NCBI GenBank assembly: GCA_963801165.1
Contig: CAWDDT010000013.1
Span: 96,001-160,000 of the forward strand
Direction of reading: 5' to 3'
DNA from: an uncultured bacterium
GTDB lineage: Bacteria > Actinomycetota > Acidimicrobiia > Spongiisociales > UBA5794
DNA length: 64,000 nucleotides
In this document: piece by piece, positions 56,912-64,000 of the stretch
Position numbering within the stretch: position 1 is the first letter of the stretch
Layout of the letters: each line of letters starts with the position of its first letter
The notes under the pieces: model-generated
Databases searched by the model: none
What the model saw: only the letters and a program-made list of their open reading frames with translations
What the model was told of the DNA's origin: nothing
Position numbers and translations under genes: made by a program

Positions 56912-59744
56912 GTCTGTGTCGCAACAGCTTCTTGGAGAGCATTTCGGCGGCACCGCTTGCGTCGGTCAGCCATTTGCTCTGGTAGGTGTCCACCATCACC
57001 CACCCGGCACGACGCAGAGCGAGATGCTGTTCGATATGCGTCTCGGCGCCGTCGGGATGCACCGTGGTCTCCACGCCTATGGCGCCGTCGCCCTCCCCTA
57101 TTGACAGATCGACCTTCCACCCGGCAACCGGGTAGGAGGGAACGACGGCTACCCCGAAGTTCTCCAGCTCGCCCGCCAGCTCCCCGGTCCAGCCGTCGCC
57201 CACGACGCCGCCGTCCTGCCCGTGCAGGGCATGGTCGGCATAGCGGAGATAGTCGGCGAGCAAGCCTGCGGGAAGCACGGATCGGTCGACCGACGTGACC
57301 ACCACCATCTCACGTTTGGCACGGGTCACCATCACGTTGAAGAGGTTGGGGTTCTGGAGAAAGTTGAGGGAGCCTCCGGAGACGTCACCGTCGATCGCCA
57401 GTGAGGCGATGATGACATCCCGTTCGTTTCCCTGGAAGGAATGCACGGTTCCTGAGCGCAGACCAAGCCGGGTGACGTCCTCCGGCCCGTATACAGCGAG
57501 GATCGCTTCTTCGATGGCGTCCGCTTGTGCCCGGAACGGGCTGATGACCCCGATCGAGGTGGCCCCGGCGGCGGCGTACGTCTCGATCTGCCTCATCGTC
57601 TCGTCGATTTCGGCCCGGTTCACGCCCTGCTCGTCTCTGGTGCCTGCTACCAGGATCGTGGCAATGGCGTCGCGTGCCTCGTTGCGGGGATGCTGGGTCA
57701 TGAGACGAAGGTTGCCACCGTAGAAGGTGCGGTCGGAGAACTCGATGATGTGGGGGACGGACCGGAAATGCTCATCGAGCCAGGTGATACGGGCGGCAGC
57801 GGCTCCGACATCGAACAAGCTGTTGCGGCGAACGTCGAGCAGCCGAGCAACGTCGGAAGCCAGCCCGTGGCGCGCCGCGGCCTCTTCCATTGCCTCATCC
57901 GAAACGAACGAGACGTGTCGGAGCTGTCGCGGGTCGCCAACGATCAATGCCCGGCGGGCGCGGGCAAGTGCGGGAGCCGCCCTCATCTGGTCGATCTGCG
58001 ACGCCTCGTCGAAGATCACGAGGTCGAAGGCCGCAGGTACAACAGGCAGCGTGTCGTCGATCTCCTGAAGCGTGCCGATCCACAGCGGAAGCACATCGAG
58101 GAAGTCGTCGGCGGCGAGCTCGCGCAGCAGCTGGCGGCGTCTTGCTCGGCCGGCGCGGAGCGCCGAGGCCAGCGTCGCCACGGCCCGGGTCGATCTGCGC
58201 TTGCTGTTCTCGCGGGACCGACGCTGCGCCTCGACGACCCTCCCGATGGAGTCGCGGTACTCGCTCTCGGCCGCCTCGAGCTCTGCCCAGGCCGCGACGA
58301 GCGATAGTCCCCCACCGGCGAGCCCGCGTCGGACGGCCCGTTCGGCGCGGGCGGCGTCGAGACCGGCGTCGAGGTCGTCGAGGGTCGCGGTCGCGTCGGC
58401 GCGCACCAGCGTGCGCAGCTTCCTGGTTGCCCTGGACCTGGCCAACGATGCGAAGAGAGGCATACCCTGGCGGGCACGCCCCAGCAGTTTCTCCGCCCGC
58501 TCGAGGTTGAAACCTTCTTCGAGAACAGCGGGTGTCTGTGCGGCCGCGAGCAGGTTCAATTCACGGCCCCTCAGCGCCCGGCTGAACTCCTCCTCACGCC
58601 GGAGAGCCGCTGCGATTGTGTTGTGCAGCCTTCGCACCTTGTCCGCCGCACCGGCTTCGCGATGCTCGAGATCGCGAGACTCGTCCGGAGACAGCGGGCG
58701 AGCGAGACCATCGCCCAGCTCGGCGGCAACACTCTCGCGATCGTCACGGTTCCCGAAGCGCACAAAACGGGGGCCGGGATGACGCTCGATCAAGTCGGCG
58801 ATCACCGATGCCGCGTATTGGGACTGGGTCGCGATCAGGACACTGTTGCCTCTCGCGACTTGATCTATGGCGGCTGCCGCGACCAGGTGGCTCTTCCCGG
58901 TGCCCGGCGGTCCGGATACGACAGTGACTCGCTCGCCCCGGATCCGCAGAAGCCCTTCACGCTGAGTGCGGTTGAGCGGCAGCGGCGTCTTGAACCCGGT
59001 GTCTTCATCGCCACCGGTCGCGTTGCTCGTGCCGGAATAGAGAGCACCAAACGCTGATTCGGCCACCGGCTCGAACGACCAGGTGCGGAGCACCCCCGCC
59101 ATGTCGGGAGCCACGACGTCACGAATGGTGTAAATCGCGGCGCCGGCCACAACACTCAGGCCACCTTCGCCCCGCAACTCGAGCGGGTTCGTAGCGCCTC
59201 CCCGCAGCGCCGCCGCGGGCAGCCCGGCGCGATCGAGTGCTGTGCGAACCCAGCTCTCCAGCTTGGGCATCCGGGCCAAGAGACGATCATCCCGGGTATC
59301 TGATCCGCCGGCAAACGGATCGCTCGATTCCTCGAGCTCGAGACGGGCGTCCCAGTCGAACAGATCGTCGTACATCTCGACGGTGCCCTCGTGGAGAAGC
59401 TGGAATGACAGGCCGCGGTTGCCAAGCCTGACCGGCATCGACAGCAGGGGGAAGCAATACCGGGTCGACTTGCCGTTGTCGTCGACTGTTCCGGTCACGA
59501 ACAGCCAGCCCAGCCGGAGCAGACGCTCGGTTGCGTGCAGAGAGTCGACGGAAGCGAGACGACGGAGCTCGTCGCTCTTCGGGAGACTGAACGCTTCGGG
59601 AGAGCTGAGAAGTTGCGGATTGCCCCCCAGCCAGGCGAACTCCGACTTGCGACTGACCACGTCAACGGTACGCCTGCCCGCAGGAGCGAGGTCGGCGAGG
59701 TAGCTAAGGACAGTCTGGATGTCGGGTGGGCTCATCAGTGGCAA
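56901..59744 (-). CDS. Superfamily 1 (DNA2/NAM7-like) helicase with C-terminal restriction-endonuclease-like (Vsr/DUF559-type) domain
   Basis: SGPPGTGKS, FDEASQ, VGDPRQL, LDEHFRS, GVISPFRAQ, TVHSFQGNERD, NVMVTRA; tail YPVAGWKVDL...IGVE...LRRAGW. Confidence 0.85.
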   Translation of the reverse strand: MPLMSPPDIQTVLSYLADLAPAGRRTVDVVSRKSEFAWLGGNPQLLSSPEAFSLPKSDELRRLASVDSLHATERLLRLGWLFVTGTVDDNGKSTRYCFPLLSMPVRLGNRGLSFQLLHEGTVEMYDDLFDWDARLELEESSDPFAGGSDTRDDRLLARMPKLESWVRTALDRAGLPAAALRGGATNPLELRGEGGLSVVAGAAIYTIRDVVAPDMAGVLRTWSFEPVAESAFGALYSGTSNATGGDEDTGFKTPLPLNRTQREGLLRIRGERVTVVSGPPGTGKSHLVAAAAIDQVARGNSVLIATQSQYAASVIADLIERHPGPRFVRFGNRDDRESVAAELGDGLARPLSPDESRDLEHREAGAADKVRRLHNTIAAALRREEEFSRALRGRELNLLAAAQTPAVLEEGFNLERAEKLLGRARQGMPLFASLARSRATRKLRTLVRADATATLDDLDAGLDAARAERAVRRGLAGGGLSLVAAWAELEAAESEYRDSIGRVVEAQRRSRENSKRRSTRAVATLASALRAGRARRRQLLRELAADDFLDVLPLWIGTLQEIDDTLPVVPAAFDLVIFDEASQIDQMRAAPALARARRALIVGDPRQLRHVSFVSDEAMEEAAARHGLASDVARLLDVRRNSLFDVGAAAARITWLDEHFRSVPHIIEFSDRTFYGGNLRLMTQHPRNEARDAIATILVAGTRDEQGVNRAEIDETMRQIETYAAAGATSIGVISPFRAQADAIEEAILAVYGPEDVTRLGLRSGTVHSFQGNERDVIIASLAIDGDVSGGSLNFLQNPNLFNVMVTRAKREMVVVTSVDRSVLPAGLLADYLRYADHALHGQDGGVVGDGWTGELAGELENFGVAVVPSYPVAGWKVDLSIGEGDGAIGVETTVHPDGAETHIEQHLALRRAGWVMVDTYQSKWLTDASGAAEMLSKKLLRHRLID

Positions 59745-59901
59745 CCTACTGGCTCACACCATCATCGGACCGTCCCGCGGCATTCTTCAGTCCCGATGCA
59801 TACCGGCCAGATCCCGGAGCCCTCACCGTTGTGTGGGGGCTCCTGGTCGATTTCCGACATCCAGCTCGGTCGGAACCAGCTCGGTCGGAACGCCGCGAAG
59901 G

Positions 59902-61749
59902 TCAGCTCTCGAGTGCCCGGCGCAAAAACGCCGCCATCTGCTCCCGGGTCACGTTGTCGTTGGGACAGAACATGTCGTTGGTCGGCGGATTACAACCTCT
60001 GGTTACCCCGGCAGTGCCCAACTTGTCGATGTTGTCCTCGAACACCGAACCGTCATCATCACTGAACAGATCACCGCCACCATTGTCGGTATAGCCAAGC
60101 GCCCGCACCAAGAACGCCGCCATCTGACCCCTGGTCACATAGTCGTTGGGACAGAACATGTCGTTGGTCGGCGGATCACAGCCTCTGGTTACCCCGGCAG
60201 TGCCCAACTTGTCGATGTTGTCCTCGAACACCGAACCGTCATCATCACTGAACAGATCACCGCCACCATTGTCGGTATAGCCAAGCGCCCGCACCAAGAA
60301 CGCCGCCATCTGACCCCTGGTCACATAGTCCTTGGGGCAGAACTCGTCGTTGGCGGGCGGGTTGCAGCCGAGCGTGATGGCCGCTGCAGCCAGCCAGCAG
60401 ATATCGGCTTCGAAGACGTTTGAAGAGTCGACGTCGGTAAACCCGTGTGTACATCCACCGGGCGGCGTGGTCGTCCCCTCCATGTCCACTTCGTAGACGT
60501 CGGCGTTTCCGGTGTCGTTCGAGTCGAATTCCTCGAAAGTCTGGAACGCAACGAACCGACCATCTCCCGAGATCGCCGGCTCGTTCAGGTAGCTGCCGCT
60601 GGTTGACGTACCCGGTGAACCGTCGCCGAACACCGACACCACCACGCCGGAGTCGGTCTGACGGTCGTAGACGACGACGTCGGCAAAGCCGTTAGCGTCA
60701 CCATAGATGTCCTGACCGGCAGTGAAGGTCACGTACCGGCCGTCGTCGGAGATGACCGGGAGAGGATCCTGCGAGACGGTGCCACCGCCTCCGGGGATCC
60801 GCTCGACCGTGCCGGTGGCGGCACTGTAGACGAACACATCATTGGTGTCGGCGGGATCGCCGGCGACGTAGTTGGTGTCGGGCGAGCCGAACGTCACAAA
60901 CCGACCGTCCCCTGATATGGCGAGATCCTCAGGATGGTTGCTCTGCGGACGCGCCCCGCCAATTCGCGGGTTGGCTATCTCGTAGGTGTCGCTCATCCGG
61001 TCGAAGAGAATGACGTCCTTGTACTGGCCGAACTCGCCGGTGGTGAACGCAACATACCGGCCATCGTTGGAGATGTCGGTGGAGCCGTAGGTCGAGCCCG
61101 TCGCGACAAACGCCGATCCGTCGGTGATCCTCTCAGAAGTGCCAGCGACCCGGTCGTAGACGTGCACGCCCCAGTCGTTGGCGGCCCCTGCCGCGTCGTA
61201 GCCGGAGCCGACGAACGCGACGTACATCCCGTCACCCGAGATCGCGGCATCGATTGCGCTGCCTTCGCTCGGAAGCCCGTCGTCTCGGAGCACCCGCTCG
61301 GTTGTTCCGGCGGTCCGGTCCCGGATGAAGATGTCGGGGTGCGCGTTGGTGTCACCCGCCACCAGGTTGTCCGCGGTCGAGGAGAACGCCACATACCGCC
61401 CGTCATCGGAGATGTCCAGCGTCGCGCCGCTGTCGTCGTTGCCTTTGACACCGCTCGAAGAGACGCTGACCAGCTCGATGTCACCGGTCATCACATCCTT
61501 GACGAACACGTCGTTGTCCCCTGTGTCCCCGGGAACGAGAGTGTCCTCTGATGAGCGAAACGCCACGTATCGCCCATCGTCGGACACCGCAACAGGCCCG
61601 ATGCCCCCATGACCCGTCCCATCGGCCGAGACGCTCACCCAGATGATGCTCTGGTCGGCCTCGGCCGCGGGTGCTGCCATCACTACGGCGGGTGCCGCGA
61701 CGGTTGCCACCAGCACGATGTGTACGAGGTATCCAACAACACGTTTCAT
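59902..61749 (-). CDS. Secreted TolB/WD40-like beta-propeller protein with C-terminal SLH-like repeats
   Basis: Signal peptide; about 7 ISxDGR(Y/F)VAF repeats; three FCPxDxVTRxQMAAFLxRAL repeats. Confidence 0.85.
   Translation of the reverse strand: MKRVVGYLVHIVLVATVAAPAVVMAAPAAEADQSIIWVSVSADGTGHGGIGPVAVSDDGRYVAFRSSEDTLVPGDTGDNDVFVKDVMTGDIELVSVSSSGVKGNDDSGATLDISDDGRYVAFSSTADNLVAGDTNAHPDIFIRDRTAGTTERVLRDDGLPSEGSAIDAAISGDGMYVAFVGSGYDAAGAANDWGVHVYDRVAGTSERITDGSAFVATGSTYGSTDISNDGRYVAFTTGEFGQYKDVILFDRMSDTYEIANPRIGGARPQSNHPEDLAISGDGRFVTFGSPDTNYVAGDPADTNDVFVYSAATGTVERIPGGGGTVSQDPLPVISDDGRYVTFTAGQDIYGDANGFADVVVYDRQTDSGVVVSVFGDGSPGTSTSGSYLNEPAISGDGRFVAFQTFEEFDSNDTGNADVYEVDMEGTTTPPGGCTHGFTDVDSSNVFEADICWLAAAAITLGCNPPANDEFCPKDYVTRGQMAAFLVRALGYTDNGGGDLFSDDDGSVFEDNIDKLGTAGVTRGCDPPTNDMFCPNDYVTRGQMAAFLVRALGYTDNGGGDLFSDDDGSVFEDNIDKLGTAGVTRGCNPPTNDMFCPNDNVTREQMAAFLRRALES
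59927..60370. repeat. 186-bp intragenic direct repeats (SLH-like domains)
   Basis: aacgccgccatctg ends at 59940, 60126 and 60312; two units are nearly identical at the DNA level. Confidence 0.9.
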
Positions 61750-61977
61750 CAGGTCCCCTTCCCGTCGTCGCCCGAATAGCAGCCGGGGCTTTCGCTACCG
61801 GCGGCCGCCCCCCTCGCTTCGGAACGTACCGGCCGGCACAGGCGCGCGGTGCGTCCCCGACTACTCAATCAACTCCCGGGACCGCTCATCCCCACGGCAA
61901 GCACTACTCATGCAATCAGACGGGCCGTTCTCTTGCCATAGGACCGAAAGGTGGAATTCCCCTATATGTTTGTGGGC

Positions 61978-64000
61978 ATGGAATGGCCGCTCGTAGGGCG
62001 CGAATCCGCCCTGAAACATGCGCTCGAGCTGGTTTCATCCGGGACCGGGGTCGCCATCCTCGGTCCGGCCGGGGTCGGGAAGAGCCGCCTCCTGGCCGAG
62101 CTACTGAAGGAAGCCGAGAACACGGGTATGTCCGTGGTCCGCGCCGTGGCGTCCGAATCGACCCGATCGATCCCGTTTGCACCGTTTATCGAGCTGCTCC
62201 CCACCGGTCCCACGCCCGATCGTCTGGCGATGCTTGCGGCAGCGCGGCATGCCTTGGAGAAGCTCGACGGTCGCCGGGGCCGACTGATCTCCATCGACGA
62301 TGCCCACCATCTCGACCCGGTGTCGCTCTCCTTCCTCACCCTGGTGGTCGGTTCGGGAATCGCAAACATCGTTCTGGCCAGCAGGACCGGACAGCCCATG
62401 GACGCCGGCCTCGTCGGCCTGTGGACGAATGGCGCGATCGAACGGATGGACCTCGGACCGCTCGACCGGGACGAATCTCAAAGTCTGATTGAGTCCGTCC
62501 TGGACGGTTCGACCACAGCGCACCTCGAATCGGAACTGTGGAGTCTCGCCCGGGGCAATCCGCTCGTTCTCCACGAGATCCTCGAAGGTGCCGTTGGTGT
62601 CAGTGTCGTTCGCACACCGCATGGCACCTGGGATCTCGGCGGATCGCCGGCAAAGTCGCCGCGCCTCTCCGATCTCGTCGCCTCCAGGCTGCGGGCGATC
62701 CCGGAAACTCTCCAGCCTGCAATGGACCTTGTCGCCGTCGGAGCCCCGCTGCCGTATGCCATCGCCCAACAGGCGTTGGGTGACACACTCGCCGAACTCG
62801 AGAGTCGCCGCCTGGTGATGATGATCGGATCCGGCGGAGAGCAGACGGTCGTCCCGGCTCATCCGCTCTATGGGGAGATCCTCAAGGAGTACATCGGCTC
62901 GTCACGGATCCAATCCGCTTGTCGCACTCTGATCGCCGCTGCGGAAGCGACCGGGTCGATCTCCGATCCGGTACGGGTCGCACTCTGGCAGCGGGAAGCC
63001 CGCCAGACCTTCTCCATCGATATTGCTCTCGCCGGTGCCCGGGCAGCGTTGATTCGGCACGATCCCGCATTGTGTCAAGAACTGCTGGCACCACTCGACC
63101 CGGCGGATGATCGTGTCGCGCTACTACTCGGGCGCGCTCTGAGCTATCAGCATCGTTTTGCAGAGGCTGAAGCTGCGCTCGACGACAGGTGGCCCAACGA
63201 TCTCCGGCTGCTCACCGAGATCGTCTCGATTCGGGCTCAGAACCTGGGGTTTGGGCTGGGCCGGGTGACCCAGGCACGCGACCTCTTCGCAAGGGCTGCC
63301 AAAGCGGTCGACAACCCCGACCTCCGTGCCCGGCTCAACAACGAGAGAGCGACGATCTCCGCCATTCACGGAGACTTTGCAGACACGATGTCGGCCACAC
63401 AAGCGGTTCTCTCCGATCCCAACACATCGGCGGCACCACGCGCCTCGGCACACGTTGCACTCTCGGTTGCGCATGCGATGACTGGCGATGGCATGGGTTT
63501 CCACGCGGTGCACGACGAGGCAATGCGCTACGCCGATCTCGCCCGCGAAGTGCTCCCATTCGCTCATGATCAGATCGAGATCATGCATACGGCGGCGTTG
63601 ATCAACGCCGGAAGATTCGAGGAAGCGGTTAGCCTCACCGGGTCAGCGGTCGAGAAGGCAGGGCGTGGCGGGGCTCTAGTTCCCACGTGGCTCTCCGCCA
63701 GGTGCATGGCGCTGGTCGTCATGGGACGCCTCCGCACCGCAAAGAGCACCGCCCAACGTGCGCACGACCTATTCTCGCAGGCAGACCCGTTCGGGCTCGA
63801 GCTCCAGGCAGCCGGAATCGCGGCGTTTGCGGCCGGCCAGATGGGTGACACCGGTCCCGGGACCCTCCTCGACAAGATCGAGGTCCTACCGGCTGCACCC
63901 CGTCTGTCCATCTGGATAGACCTCGGGCGGGCATGGACGGAGGCGGCTCGTGGGAGACCGGCCCAGGGAGCCCGGATCGCTGCCGAGAGCGGACGGCGTG
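61978..64000 (+). CDS. MalT/LuxR-type (STAND/AAA) ATPase transcriptional regulator, 3'-truncated by the window
   Basis: Read by hand (absent from the ORF track because no stop occurs in the window): MEWPLVGRE...GPAGVGKSRL, IDDAHHLD, RGNPLVL, HPLYGE, then helical repeats; the HTH would lie beyond the window. Confidence 0.82.
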   Translation, partial: MEWPLVGRESALKHALELVSSGTGVAILGPAGVGKSRLLAELLKEAENTGMSVVRAVASESTRSIPFAPFIELLPTGPTPDRLAMLAAARHALEKLDGRRGRLISIDDAHHLDPVSLSFLTLVVGSGIANIVLASRTGQPMDAGLVGLWTNGAIERMDLGPLDRDESQSLIESVLDGSTTAHLESELWSLARGNPLVLHEILEGAVGVSVVRTPHGTWDLGGSPAKSPRLSDLVASRLRAIPETLQPAMDLVAVGAPLPYAIAQQALGDTLAELESRRLVMMIGSGGEQTVVPAHPLYGEILKEYIGSSRIQSACRTLIAAAEATGSISDPVRVALWQREARQTFSIDIALAGARAALIRHDPALCQELLAPLDPADDRVALLLGRALSYQHRFAEAEAALDDRWPNDLRLLTEIVSIRAQNLGFGLGRVTQARDLFARAAKAVDNPDLRARLNNERATISAIHGDFADTMSATQAVLSDPNTSAAPRASAHVALSVAHAMTGDGMGFHAVHDEAMRYADLAREVLPFAHDQIEIMHTAALINAGRFEEAVSLTGSAVEKAGRGGALVPTWLSARCMALVVMGRLRTAKSTAQRAHDLFSQADPFGLELQAAGIAAFAAGQMGDTGPGTLLDKIEVLPAAPRLSIWIDLGRAWTEAARGRPAQGARIAAESGRR

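Noticed and set aside
59927-60370. 186-bp near-identical repeats as a DGR template/variable pair
   Set aside because: All copies are in-frame domains of one gene, the few differences are not confined to adenines, and no reverse transcriptase is present.

Overview
GC-rich bacterial chromosome segment, most consistent with an Actinomycetota (probably Acidimicrobiia-like) genome; the taxon is inferred from gene order and protein types. It is mostly core genome: hemW-lepA/rpsT-greA, holA-comEC-comEA, leuS, tRNA-Ala-rsfS-nadD-proA/proB-obgE-rpmA-rplU-RNase E/G, tdk, rodA-mrdA-mreDCB-ndk-folC-valS, clpX-clpP-tig and tRNAs His/Arg/Gly. Accessory material includes a decayed island at the tRNA-Ala(GGC) 3' end (att-like copies, integrase and IS110 remnants, Phd-RelE TA, ECF sigma pair), a MarR/VOC/AlkA cassette, REP-like palindromes, an SF1 helicase-nuclease fusion, an SLH-like-repeat surface protein and a partial MalT/LuxR-type ATPase. 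The most notable observations are: two different ValRS genes about 6 kb apart, one with a non-canonical HMGS motif; an identical sigma28-like motif (TTAAC-N14-GCCGAC) before an Flp-pilin/Thr-rich fusion and a lone receiver domain; and two long, densely structured intergenic regions (before rne and valS). No CRISPR array, rRNA, reverse transcriptase or complete mobile element was seen. All calls come from reading the sequence by eye; no searches were run.
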